In this document: piece after piece, positions 24,951 to 37,610 of the stretch | Layout: the number at the start of each line of letters is the position of its first letter | Numbering within the stretch: the first letter of the stretch is position 1 | Program-made: the position numbers and the translations under genes | Notes under the pieces: generated by a model | The model's database searches: none | Seen by the model: the letters and a program-made list of their open reading frames with translations, nothing else | Told to the model about the DNA's origin: nothing | NCBI GenBank assembly: GCA_013265495.1 | Contig: MU058485.1 | Span: 62,001 to 119,689, forward strand | Direction of reading: 5' to 3' | Length of the DNA stretch: 57,689 nucleotides | Origin: Vicugna vicugna | Lineage: Eukaryota

Positions 24951-25849
24951 AAACACTGGAGCTTGGAATGAGTGGAACTCACGCACATTTTCACAAGTCA
25001 GTCTATATGACAGAACCTGGCCCCAAAGTCCATCCACTCTCCAGGGGAGGGTGTGGGGATCACACAAGGGATTGGGAACAGAAGGCAAAAAATAGGAAGC
25101 CATTGTGGGGCAGCCCACCACAGAGGACGAGATGGGACACTGAGCCTGTATGTCAACATGACAGAATGACCTAGGATGTTGTACGCCAGAGCGGACGAAG
25201 TCAGAGTTGTATTTAATTTCAGTCTCACGTCTGGGAGCTGGGAAGCAAGTATCAAGGAAAGTGACTTTCTCCAGACCCCAGGGAAGACCCCAGCCTGTGT
25301 GGCATGTGCCCTGCACTCCGCCAGCCCTCTGTGGGGTCCTTCCTTTGCTGAGTCTGTGCACGAGCTCCCTGTGATGCCAGCCCATGGGGGTGACAGAGGC
25401 AGTAGGTGTTTCTAGGTCTAGAGACAGGATGGCTTCTCTAGGAAGCAGGCGCCAGAATGATTCCCACTGTGCCGATGGGGGATTGGGGAGACCCAGAGAG
25501 GCACGTGTCTTGTCCAGGGTGACAGCACTTCTGAGTGGGGGGTGCCAGGTCTGAACCCAGCTGTGTCTTCAGAGCTGCGGCGCTGGCTGCATCCAGGCCT
25601 CCCCACGGCTATGGGGGGGCTAAGTTGGTGTCACTGTGTGTGGACATGGCATGGAGTGAGAAATGAGAGATTGGCAGTCCAGAAAGGCCCTTGAGGAGCT
25701 TTGTGTCAGGAGGAAGCTTGGAAAAGCTGACCCCAGGAAGTGACCTCACTTCCCTGGCAATAGAGCCCAACAGAACTTAGAACCGAAGTCGCCAGGTACC
25801 TACTCTGTAGAGAAGTCCCTACTCAGCTCACTTGGTTGGAGACAGAGGC

Positions 25850-27400
25850 ATGTTCTGCTGCATCCCAATATCCCGAGGCCGCAGCCTCCGGAAAGCCTGC
25901 AGCGAGGGGCTGTACCAACGCTGCCGGCCCTGGGTCAGGTCTCACCCAAGGCGCCTCTGGTCTTTCGGCCAGAAAGACCCAAAGGTAACACAGGGAGGCC
26001 CAGGGAAGGCCCGCCCAGGCCGGGCCACCACTCAGATCCCACCCAGGTAGCCCCACGGCCCCGTCCTGGCTGGTGGAGGTGGAGCAGTCATGTTGGGGAT
26101 GGGTTTCTGCCTCAAGCAAGAGCAGGTCAGAGGCCTGGGAGGCTGGTCACATCCACAGCCCAGGTCAAAGCTGGCTGGCTGGGATGTGGAGAGCCAAGGC
26201 AGGGTCCTGCTGCCCGAGGCGGAGCCCATGCTCTCTGGGTATGTCTTTTCCCTCCCGGGTGTCTGAGCTGAAAAAGGTCCCAGTCTGATCTGGCAGCAGA
26301 GGGTCGAGTGGACAGAAGCAGGAGTGTTCCTGGCCGGTCAGGGCTCTGAGACTTCCAGGCCAGGTCAGCTGCTGGTCACTGTCATTGCAGAGCCAGATAC
26401 CACATATTGAACAGAAGCTGATGAATAAGAACACCAGCGCCCCCTCACCAACTTAAGGGCTGATGTGCCACTCTTCTGAGGGCCAGTGCAGGCTCCAGGT
26501 GGGTCTGGATATGGAGGGGTCCCCACCACCATGGCCCAGAAATCAGTGGGGCAGGTCTCCGAGCCAGACATCATCCAGGGCTCTCTGCAGGGACCTGCCC
26601 AGTGCTGACGGGCAGCTCAGCATACCCGGCTCTGACTTGGAGCACTGTGCCCACAACGCTAGAAGTCAGGTGGAGCCCCAGGAGCCCCCGAAGTTGAGCC
26701 TGAAGGTCAGAAAGGCAGGGCTGGTGCATGTGTGTAGGTGAGGGAGGGGGGAGGGCCGGGCCACACAGGGAGGTGTCCCCAGAGGCTACTGTTGGGACCA
26801 GAGCAAAGAATGGCCTCAGACCACCTGCCTGGAAGAATTCAGTCACAGAACAGATCCTGTGGGCACTTTCTGGGNNNNNNNNNNNNNNNNNNNNNNNNGT
26901 TTCTGTCCGAGGCACATGGAAAGGGAGGCAGGTGGGTCAATTTTTCCTCTCTCACAGCATGAGCTCTTCCACAAGACTTAAAACTCTCTCCACATCCAAC
27001 AGTTACAGAGGAGGCAGGGGCAGAGGAAGATGTCAGAGACCAAAAGTAGGACGATCTGCATCCAGCAGGAGACCCCGAGTTCCCTCCTGCCACTCCTGCA
27101 GCTCCTCCTGAACCTGCATCTGCAGCTGGACTGCTGGGCAACGGAGAACCAGTTCAGGAATCACCACCCCCTGGGGCAAAGCCCCCTCTGCACCCACCCA
27201 CACCTTCTTCTCCAAAATGTTCTCCAGATTCCCACCATCAGATCCCTCCCCCTCCCCCTCCCAAACTTGACGTCCCTTCCGCTGGAGATGTTTTTGTTTG
27301 GTTTTCTTTAGTTTCCTTTGTTTGTTTCACATCATTTATGGCATTCTTTGTTTTTCTTTTTAAAAATTCATTAATAAAATATAGACATTTCCCCTTTTAA
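25850..27400 (+). pseudogene. Ral guanine nucleotide dissociation stimulator-like (RALGDS-derived) four-exon pseudogene; exons 25850-25984, 26391-26498, 26591-26705, 26958-27400
   Basis: Exon 1 MFCCIPISRGRSLRKACSEGLYQRCRPWVRSHPRRLWSFGQKDPK|gt resembles N-termini of ungulate RalGDS-like paralogs as recalled. Exon 2 weakly matches RALGDS exon 2 and has a TAA. Exon 3 QLSIPGSDLEHCAH...QVEPQEP..EPE matches RALGDS QLNMPGSDLERRAH...QLEHSEPIEAEPE. Exon 4 is P/A/E-rich with two stops. All introns are GT-AG. Confidence 0.8.
26875..26898. other. Assembly gap (24 N)
   Basis: Run of N. Confidence 1.
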
Positions 27401-28340
27401 ATTGTGCAGTTCAGGAGCATTATGGGCATTCACAATATTGTGCGACCATCACTACCATGTAGTTTCACACAATTTCTTTTCTCAAAGTGAAACCATGGAT
27501 CCAGAGTGCACACTCCCCTCCTTCCTCACCCAGCCCCTGACAACCCCACGTCCTCTTTCTCTCTGCATGTCTTTACCTCTCCTGGGAGGTCCCTTTCAAT
27601 GCAACTTTGAAAAAGATGGTTTTTTTGTCCCTGCCCACATGCTTAAGCTGGGGCTAGTGATTTTTTTGTTTGTTTTCACTTGAAACAGCATTTTTATTAT
27701 TTTAAGTGGATATCCAGGGGGATTAAAGATGTGATGTACAAAATGAAGCCCTTTTAGTAACCCTGTGCATAATCTCAGGGTAGACACTGCTGTTCCCCCT
27801 GTGACACCACAGCCAGAAGACACAAGGGAGATGCTTAGCTCTTCCTGTGGCAAAAACAAAATGAAACAAATCAAAAAAATTAGCAAAAGCCCAGAAAAAC
27901 TGCTTGAAAGTGAAACCACAACCTGGAAAAAGCATTCGTCGTAACCCAAGGTTGGAGAAAGGTTTCCCATCCCTGTAGTCCTAAAACCTTTTGAAACCCT
28001 GTGTTCTAAACAGAAAGAGAACAGACATGGGCAGTTCCAATGAGAGGCAATGCAGGTGGCCAGTGTGTGTTAGAGATGCTTGACCTCTCAGGTGAGAACA
28101 CAGGCAGACGGAAACACTGCAGAGACAGCACTGGTCACCATCACACTGGCGGATCTTTATTCAGGTGACAACCAGACCTGGTGACAATGTAAGCAGGCAG
28201 AGGCTCACAGATCCCCTGGAGGGAAGAGTGAAGGGACGCTCCTCTTCAGGAGAACTGGGTTTAGGACGCATCAAAGGGCCACAGATGCATCTCTTCCCCA
28301 GAAATTCTGATCCTTACAGTTCATCCAAATAAAATCCTTA
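27345..28340 (+). repeat. ~1-kb direct repeat, copy 2
   Basis: Colinear with 23700-24690, offset ~3.65 kb, clearly diverged (roughly 75-80% identity by eye). Confidence 0.92.
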
Positions 28341-29059
28341 CACTCCTATTCAAAGATGCCTTTTCAAGGGTGTTCATCACAGCACTGGTTGAAACAGTCG
28401 GAATTAAAGCAACACTAATGTTGATGGATAGGGGATGGAGTCCATTCGTTCTGGTTCATGTGGATGAGTGAATGCTGTGCAGTTGGAAAAGTGGGTGCCT
28501 GGTCTCAACCCAATGTCAAGGGAGGCCTCAGGGTGGAAGTATGCAGACCCACTGTCTGCACCCAGGGTCCCATCTGCACGACCACATATGTGTGAAATCA
28601 ACATAGATGGAAATTGACCTGATTGTGAGTGTGTGAGAGACAGAGATGGAGAGAGACATACTGAAAGACACAGAGACTGAGACATAAGCACCATATCATT
28701 CATGACAGTCACCTTTGTGGGTGGGATTTATAAATCTTTTCTCTTTTAGGTAATATTTCAATTTTTTGTAATGTGTCTCTATTACTCTACTAATTCTAAA
28801 AGGATTAAAATCCTATGTTAATGTGACCCATTCATTACTCATCTATGGAGTAATTAAAGTACATTAATCCTATTTTTAAAAGAATTTAAAGCCTTCTCAG
28901 GATTCAGTTCCATGTCAGCGCCGTGGCAGCAGAGGTTCTCCAGGAGGTCGTGTCTCTTCTGAAGCAGCATCCAATAGAGGTGAGGAAGAAGTACCAGACT
29001 TGGACACTGAAGACTACAATAGATGAGAGATTCTGGTGAGAGAAATTAAGACCTACATT

Positions 29060-29265
29060 CACAGAAAATAATCCCATATTCATGGAGCAGAAGGCTTCAT
29101 TCTACTAAGATGACAATAGTCCACGAATAGATCTAAGGATTCAAAGAATGTCTAGCCAAATCCCAGTTGGTGTTTTGCAGGAATTGACAATCAATCTAAA
29201 ATTCACGTGGAAAATCCAGGGGCTCAGTATACATGAGTGAATCTTGAAAAAGAAGAACAAAGTTC
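29060..29265 (+). mobile_element. Old LINE-1 ORF2 fragment
   Basis: cccatattcatgga...aaatcccag...ggaattgacaa...ctaaaattcacgtggaaa...atcttgaaaaagaagaacaaagtt. Confidence 0.75.
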
Positions 29266-29329
29266 GAAGAATGGAAAGTCAGATGAAACCCACGGTTAAT
29301 ACAAAAGCACTTTAAACTGAAGGTACATG

Positions 29330-29870
29330 AGGTTCAACAGGTGTAGAAGAAAACCTGTCATGGAAGCCAATTCTCTCCTCTCCCTTTGCCCTATTAAGTT
29401 AGGTTGATAAAAAAAAGCCTTTAACTTTCACCATTTAACATGGACGTTACTTTTCTGGCTGGCTCCTGTGTGTGTATAAATAAACCGTTTCTCTCGTTCA
29501 TCTCCTCTTTAATTCTGTGGGCTCTTTGGGAGGGAATCTGATGATGGGGATCTGCTCTTTTCTCACCTTCTTTAGTGACATCTTTTGTCCATGGTGAAGT
29601 GCTTAAAACAAAGAAAAGGCTCATTGGTTTCGGGTCAGATTTGGAACATGTATACGTTTGGAGACCCCCTGGAGGAACAAAGGGGTTCAATAATGCTGGG
29701 AGAATTTACTAGTTGTCTTGTCCAAATGCCTAACAATACGCTATTTGCAAGGTTTTTTTTTTTTTTTTAAAGATTTTTACCCTAAAACAAATACCCTTTC
29801 TAAACCTCTTGGATGATCAAAAAGAAAGAAAAAAGAGAATCATGTCTGGCCTAAGAACACTTCCTTACCA
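29330..29870 (+). mobile_element. Possible ERV LTR 3' end plus start of internal sequence
   Basis: AATAAA at ~29479 and a CA end at ~29580 followed by leader-like sequence; no clear primer-binding site. Confidence 0.3.
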
Positions 29871-30589
29871 AAACGGAAGGACAGAACCAGATTCAGAGCA
29901 AAAATTAAAATCCATTTATACCCTCAACTCTCCCACTCTTTTGTGCACTGTCCTCATGTAACCTGCCAGATGGCGCCCTGGAGAAGGCCCTTTGCCCGGA
30001 ACACATGCTCAATTTCACAGCTCGGCCAAGCGGGAGGTTGGTCCCCAGGGCCTGAGAGGGGCTATTTGTGAAATATTCTCTGCTGAGACCCAACAGACTG
30101 AAGGGTACTGTGTGCTCTGAGGGAGAGAGAGCACACCGAGCCTCTGTGAAGGCATCTCTGAGATCCTCCCAAAGGCACACAGCTCTAATTCTGGACATGG
30201 GAAATTTTGCTTGGCATCATAGTTGGAAATCTCCTGGATAGAAAGAAGCAGATTCAAGATGTTGCAATTGGATGGGCAGGTCGGCCTCTCGAATTTGCCG
30301 ATGAGGAGAACATGCAATTCTCTGCAGAAGTAGGAACACCCAACCCTGCTCTGCTGATTTCATCTACAGAGAAACAGAGACATGGCTCTAGGGGGAAGTC
30401 AACTCCCACCAACACTTCTTACCAACGTCAACGTCCCCACTTTATTCTCCTGTCAGGTCTCTGCACAAAAACTGTGGCTCAGCCCCAAATATCACATACC
30501 CATCACCCTGAACCACTCTGTGTCTGTGTCCAGCTCCAGCATTAAGGCCTGTGACCATTACTGTCAAATCGTGTCCCCCTTTCAGCCCG

Positions 30590-31210
30590 TCTCCCGCCAT
30601 CATCCCATCCCAACCTTGGTGTCTCTCTCCAGGTCAACAGCACTCTTCCCACTGGCTTCCCATCAGCTTCCCTTGCCCTGCTTCCATTGCTTATTCCCCA
30701 TATATTACCCACAAAGGTCTTATTAAAGTATGAATCAGATCAAGTTGTTCCACTTTGCAAAATAGTCTCGTGATTTTCCAATGTATTCATAAGGCTATCC
30801 AGAGTCCCTACCAAGGCCCTGTGTGATCTGGGCCCTCACCCGTCTCTGCAGCCTCAGTTCTCACCGTTCTGCTCCAGACTATCTTCACCGCCCAGACGGT
30901 CCCCACCAGGACAGCTGTGTTTGTAACTCCAAGTCTCGCACTTACACTTCTCCCGGCCTGGGGGGCTTTTCTTGTCTGTTACCTACGTGGCTTATTCTTT
31001 TGCTTCATTCAGGACTTTGTTCAAATTATTTTACCCTCAGAGAGGGCTTATCTGACCATATTATTTAAAATAGCATGCACATAGTTCCTATTCAATCATT
31101 TTCTCTCCTAATATGTTTTATGTTTCTTTGTGGCAATTATTAGTACCTGGCAGTACATAATAACATAATATATTGCTTACTTGCTTATTGTCTATATTTC
31201 TTACTAGACC
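30590..31210 (+). mobile_element. LINE-2 fragment
   Basis: Pyrimidine-rich L2 3' region (aatcagatcaagttgttccactttgcaaaa, caaggccctgtgtgatctgg, tcattcaggactttgttcaaat). Confidence 0.7.
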
Positions 31211-33744
31211 TATATTCATGGAACCACAAATAACTGTTTTAAACAGTAAATTTCAAACCACCTTTAAATGAATTCTTTTATAATATCAGAATTTCAGAGG
31301 CTTCCACGGGTTGCTTAGGGGAAAAAAGAGAAAGGATTCAGGTTGAACTAGGTTATTAAGGACCTGGGAGTTGGTTATTTATTTTATACATAGTAGTGTG
31401 AATCTGTTAACCCCAAACTCCTAATCTAGCAAAAGACCGAGCTGATTACTATTTTTAACAGACTTTTTTTCTTTTTAAACTTGGGTTGTTTGAGATTTCT
31501 TTTCTTCTTTATTCTTTTTCTTTTTTTAAAAGAATTTTTCTTATTAAGTTTTTACATTGAGGTAGTGCAAATTGAACCCAGCACTTACTCTACACCTTGA
31601 ATTATACCATACCCTCCAAAGACAATTATTTTTATACTTTGACAATGCCATATTGAATTAAGATGTTTTGTTCCATTTTCCCTTCATAGAGTTTATAATT
31701 GAGGGAGAGAGTCAAAGGAAACCCTGGGCCATCCCTTCCTTCTCAGCGGGGTACTACACAGCAGAGGAGCTAGGCTGTCACCAGGCCCAGCTCACCTTTC
31801 TGCTCTGAGGGCCGACTCAGGCCACTTCTCTAAAGAGTGGCATGGTAGAAGCAGCAGAAAGTCAACTAGCGGGCAACAATGACAAAACTGACCCACCTGC
31901 AGTTGGACATCATCTGCTCTGAAATGAAACTCTTAAACCTCTTCTTCCTATTAGTGGATGGTTTTCAAAAATATTCCCAAGGAGATGAATCTCACTTTAT
32001 TTTTCTGGATTTCTTGGGCCTTCTATGACTTTAAGTGCAGGCTTGATTGCACAACGTCAGCAGAGAAGCCAGGCAGAACACGTGAACAGACCCTGCAGGC
32101 CACGGCTTAGGCCTCCGGTCAAAGCATCCTTGTTGTGCAGAGCCTACGTTCATGGGGCCATTTTCATGACTGCTGTAATTAGTTCTCGTCCAAGTGTCCC
32201 ACCGAAAATGTTTCTAGATAGAAGGTGGCCTGATGCAGATGAGCAGTGGGAATGTGGGATGCAGATGGCAGGCAGACTGGAAGGAGAGACGGGAAATGTT
32301 TCCTTAGGCTTCAGTTTGGAAGATTTCTGATTTTTCTATGAACATTAAACTGGGTGACGCTGAAGCGCTGTTTGCTCTAAGACGGGGTGATGTACACTTA
32401 TCCCTACAACTTCTTAAAAATATGTTGAACCTGGACGTGACGGCCTAGGAGACAGACAGCTTAGAGTGACACCTATGTTCCAGGATGCCTATGATCTCGG
32501 GCTCACAAAGTGGAAAAGAATACACATATTTTGCCTGTGTAGTTCTATGTGAAATTATTTTGACCCTTGCCGCATGGTGTAAGATCAGAGATCAGGTAGT
32601 GTTTCTTACATTGCAAAGACAACAATTCTTGATGAGTCAGTGGACTGTTTCTGATGGCCTGGGTTCTGTGCCAGACATTAGCTGTCTAGATAAATACCAC
32701 ACAGCCCCCAATCACTCAAGGAGATCACAGTGTGTCATGGAAGGTACAAATTTAAATAGGCTCTCAAAACAATGTGGTAAGACTCACTTGGCTTCATGTA
32801 TACTGTATGTTCATAGGGGCTCTTGCATTGCCTGGGGCAGGGTTCTAGAAGATAGGGAAGGTGTCAGAGAGGAAATGCTTTCTGCACTGACATTTGAAGG
32901 ATTCCAGCAAATCTCTAGACCAGGAGAGTGCGTGGTAGGCCGGGATTCTCGGCAGCTTGAGTGTCTCGTCGTGAGGTCTGGTCGTGTCTAAGAGCACTTT
33001 GCACTTAAGGAAGGAAGGTCAGTGAGGCTAGAGGCTGTAAGGAACTAACGGAAGCTGAGGCTGAAGAAAAGCAACAACAAGGTGATGAGAAGGTGTAACG
33101 TTAAATCAGGGCACGTGGACTTTCTCACATTCGCAGTGGGGAATTCTTTGGGCTTTTATGGAGGAGATTGACACAGATTAGTCATTAAAAGTGAACAAAG
33201 TGGAATCTTCACTCTAAAGAACAGCACTGGGGAAACTAGCAAGGGGTGGGAATTAATGCAGTGGGGAGCGAGTAGCAGGGACTTAGTTGGGGGACATTAA
33301 GGAATAGAATTGTATTACTGATGGGGTGAGGGAGTGGAAAGGAAAAGGAAATCTCCCAGATGTATGGCACGGAAAACATATGGGATAGTGATGCCATTGT
33401 TTGAAGTAAACCTAGTTCTGAGCGAGTGTAATTCCAAACATACAGAGCTTGAGATTTTTATGGGCTAATCAAATGGGAATGTCTACTTGTCAATTATAAG
33501 TATATTTCTGGGACTGAACTGAGATGTCCGTGCTGGAAAAGATTTGACAGTTAATCAGTGGACAGAGAGCAGTTGAAGCCACGGGGATCAATGCCACCCA
33601 CTGACAGTTTACCAAAGAAAAGGGAAGGAGGGCACTGTGGTTCAGAAAAATATGGCAGATCAGAAACTTGAAGACCCACTCACTGAAGACACATAAAAAT
33701 GTAGGACACAATGCCACCAATCTTTTCTTGTTTTTTTTTTTACA

Positions 33745-34380
33745 GGCACCTTTATTGTGGTATGATTTCTGTACAGTAAAGAACACATATTTCACATGTA
33801 CTATTTGATGATTTTGATAAATGTCTACACCCAGAAAACCATCACCAAAATCAAGATAGCTAACAATTCCATCACTCCCCAAGAGGGGCACTTTTCGAAT
33901 TCCCATATTTATCCCTTCCCATCCCCTTCTCTCCCTGGTAACTGTAAGTTTGTTTCTCTATGTCTGTGGGTCTGTTTCTCTTTTGTAGTTAAGTTCACTT
34001 GTGCCTTTTTTTTTAGATTCCACATATAAGTGATATTATATGGCATTTTTCTTTTTCTGACTTACTTCACTTAGAATGACTATCTCCACATCCATCCATG
34101 TTGCTGCAAATGATATTATTTTGTTTTTTCATGGCTGTGTAGAATTCCATTGTATAAATATACTACTACATCTTTATCCAGTCAGCTGTCGATGGACATT
34201 TGGGTTGTTTCCATGTCCTGGCTATTATAAATAATGCTGCTGTTAGCATTGAGGTGCATGTGACTTTTTTAATTAGAATTTTCTTCTGACATATGCCTGG
34301 GAGTGGGAAGACTGGATCATGAGTTAAGTCCATTTTCAGTTTTTAATGGAACTTCCACACTGTCTTCTCTAGTGACAATG
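33745..34380 (-). mobile_element. LINE-1 3' fragments (antisense)
   Basis: ttagattccacatataagtgatattatatggcatt...ctgacttacttcacttagaatgac...catccatgttgctgcaaatg. Confidence 0.9.
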
Positions 34381-34584
34381 CAGCCCATTTTGTGAAAGCA
34401 GAGCCATGCTCAGAAAGCAATGGGTATTTCTAGGGGCCAGATATGAAGCACAGTGAGTGTGGCCTGTTCAAGAATCAGAGGGCAGTCTGGCAGGGCTGGA
34501 GGAGAGTGACAAGGGAAGTGTGGTACAGGTAGGATTCAGACCACGTGGGGACCTGACAGGCTGGGATAAGGAGCCTGGACTTCC

Positions 34585-35040
34585 AGACATCCCTTGGTAA
34601 CCATGGGGTACTGTTTCCAGGACTCCCCCCAGACGTCAACATCGATGGATGCTGACGCTTCTTGTATAAAATGGCATAGGACTTGCATGGAACTCATGTA
34701 CATCCTCTCATGTACCTTTTTTTATATATACAAACTTTTTAAATTGAGTTATAATCATTTTACAATGTTGTATCAAATTCCAGCATACAGCACAAGTTTT
34801 CATTTATACATAAATATACACATACATTCGTTGTCACACTCTCTTTCACTGTGTCCTCCTGTGAACTTTAAATTCTCTCTAGATTACTCATTGTATCTAA
34901 TACAAAATGAATGCTATGTACGTAGTTGCCAGTGTATGGCAAATTCACGTGTTGCTTTTTGAAACTTTCTGTTCTTTCCCAAATATTTTCAATCCACAGT
35001 TAGTTGAATCTGCTGGATAGGGAACCCCTAGATATGGAGA
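34585..35040. mobile_element. MER2-like TcMar-Tigger element, interrupted by a short antisense L1-tail insert (~34717-34850)
   Basis: cccttggtaaccatggggtactgtttccaggac...tataaaatggcatag at one end and aatattttcaatccacagttagttgaatctgc...gatatggag at the other. Confidence 0.75.
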
Positions 35041-35750
35041 ACACCCAAGCTCCTCCTTCCCACCTCCTAAATTTCCACTGCAAGCACTGAAGGGGTCCAA
35101 ACATAGAAGAGCACCATCTACCTGCTGGAAACGCTGAGGAATTCCGACAGTGTATGTAGCGCAGGAGAGGAGGCTTAGGGCCAACTAGTGTGAAAGGAGG
35201 GCCTGCCTGGAGAGGAAGGAGGAAGGACCGCAGTGGAAGCCAGCTCGTACCCTTACTGGAGCTAGCTGATATCAGTGAGGGACGCCGAGGAACTGGGGAC
35301 ACGTCGCTTCGGGGGCAATCCTGGCCACCATGTGCAGGGCTCACATTGCTTGGACCCAGTTTGCAAGATCAAAATAACAAAGGGGTAGAGGGGCTGCCTC
35401 AGCTCCGGGATCCTGACAACAGCCACAGCACCATGACCCCAGCTAATGCGGCTCCCCTTGTAAGCCAGGAAAAGGAAACTCTGAGCCAGGATATTGCAGA
35501 TTCCTTCGCAGCCACATGGATAACTAGATCTCTAAGCTGACAAAATGTAACCACCAGAAACAGGAATCTTTCCTTTTCTCTTTCTTTGAACCTTTGGACA
35601 AGGAGCCACACATCTCTGACGGGAACCACCTTTAATCCGATAGAGAGCTCACTTTTTCAGGAATAAGCATGGAGAAAAAGAGTGGGGTGTTGGTTTAAAG
35701 CAGAAGTCAAAGTGGAAGCCCATCTGAGAAATGTAAAAACATGCTTCTCA

Positions 35751-35996
35751 ATGAATTCAAGTTATCACAAAAAGGAGGAAGATTAAGGAAATCTCTATTA
35801 ATATCCATTCACCATACAAGACTAGCCAGCCATAAAAAGACAGCACCTTAAATTAAGAATTTTGAATCAAGTTATCACAAATGAATTCAAGTTATAACAA
35901 AAAGAAGGAGGAAGATTAAAGAAATCTCTATTAATATCCATTCACCATACAAGACTAACCAGCCATAAAAAGACAGCACCTTAAATTAAGAATTTT
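35751..35996 (+). repeat. Local tandem duplication of ~115 bp with a 17-bp spacer
   Basis: 35751-35863 repeated at 35881-35996; single copy at ~50611-50715. Confidence 0.95.
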
Positions 35997-37344
35997 TTTT
36001 TGGTGATGAAAAAAATGCCTTATTTTAAAACAAGGCTTGGGGCATCAACAACACGCTGAGAGTTATTGATGAGGAAAAAATAAATCTGCATATACATATG
36101 TAAGTGTTCCAAGTCCACCGCTTGAAAAAAATTAGTCAATCATGTGTCCAGTTGATTGGGAAATCCCGATAAGTAAATAACTCAAAAGTGGGAAAGACAT
36201 GGGATTAAATAGTGGTAGTGAGCAATGAAATCCAAAATGTTTATACCTATATTTTCTTTGTTAATGTAACAGACTTAAAGCAACTGTCTAAATAGTACTA
36301 ACTGGAGCACACAAACACACACACACACACACACACACAATCTGGAAGAGCAGAGAGGTAAAATATGCTAAATTTATCATTATTAAGGAACACGATCTAA
36401 TAGATTATTTCTTTTTTGAGACTCATATAAATACTGGTCCAATTGCATATAAAGTTATGAACTTAGAGATGATTTATAAAAATTTACAGAGAATTTTCAT
36501 TAAGAGGCAATATAGCTTCCAAATCATTGAAGAGAAAATTAACAATACAAAAATTAATCAATCCAGGTAATATTGAGTAACAGAGACCATATTTACCATC
36601 CTAAAATAAACCACAAAATGGATAAAATATATGAAGCAATGATTTTTAAGACACGTGAAAACGATCCTCCACTAGGACCTTGTCCTGCCACCTCTATACC
36701 AAGGCTGCTAGCCCTCCTACTGCCATCGCCAAGAATGTCCACCAGGAGGCGATATATCCTTCCTCTGCTCCTACTGCAGAGCCAGTCTTGAGCAGTCCTT
36801 TTCCAGGTTTTGGCAGGCAGCCCCCAGAAGTACTCTCATGGGCCTTGGTCCCTTTTAGCCACCAGCAATGGGATCAAGGGTGAGCAGTAAGCCTCCTTCC
36901 TTATTCAAGACCTAGGAACCTATCTGATTTCTGAGCAGCCCTTCATTCTTGTCTGCTGTCTGGTACTCTCTCCCCGGCTTCCCGAGTCCCCGGCTTGGGC
37001 AGCCTACATGCTGGCCACAGCCCATCAGAATCCGTTCCCCCGCCAAGAGGCCACACGTGATCGTAAGCAGGGCTCCAGGCCTCTGGAGCAGCACGGCTTG
37101 GACTGCGTCCTGGCCCTGGGTGCGTGAGCTCCATGCCCTTGGTTGAGTCAGTTAACATCTCTAAGCTACAGTTTCCTCATCAGTGAAGTGAACACATAAT
37201 CAATATGGAAAAAAATCAGAATCTGAGGGGGACTAAATTTCTGGTGATTGAAGATTATTTTAATTTTGAATTACACAGCAAAGGACATCATACAATTTTT
37301 ACTACTTCATAATTCTAAAGGACAGCTTCTACTATTAAAACTAA

Positions 37345-37610
37345 TGCATGCACGTACACACAAACACACGTGCAGACACACTGGCTCTGCTCCACATATA
37401 TCCCCATGCACACACACACATGGAGTCATGTACCACACACACACATACCATACACACAACCACACACGTCCTCAGGCGCACACACACACATAACATACAG
37501 AACCACATACATCCCCAGGTGCATGTGCAGGCACACACACACACACAGACACAGTCATGTACCACACACGTCCCCAGGTGCGCGCATGCACACACACACC
37601 TCATACACAC
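37345..37610. repeat. Degenerate CA-rich tract (paralog at ~52090-52310)
   Basis: Direct observation. Confidence 0.9.

Noticed and set aside
24757..25385. 112-aa and 203-aa ORFs
   Set aside because: Arise largely from CA/GA low-complexity sequence.
26571..27215. Leucine-rich minus-strand ORFs
   Set aside because: Antisense shadows of the + strand RALGDS-like exons.
30015..30322. Minus-strand ORF after a good acceptor, possible terminal exon
   Set aside because: No frame recognisable and no partner exons found.
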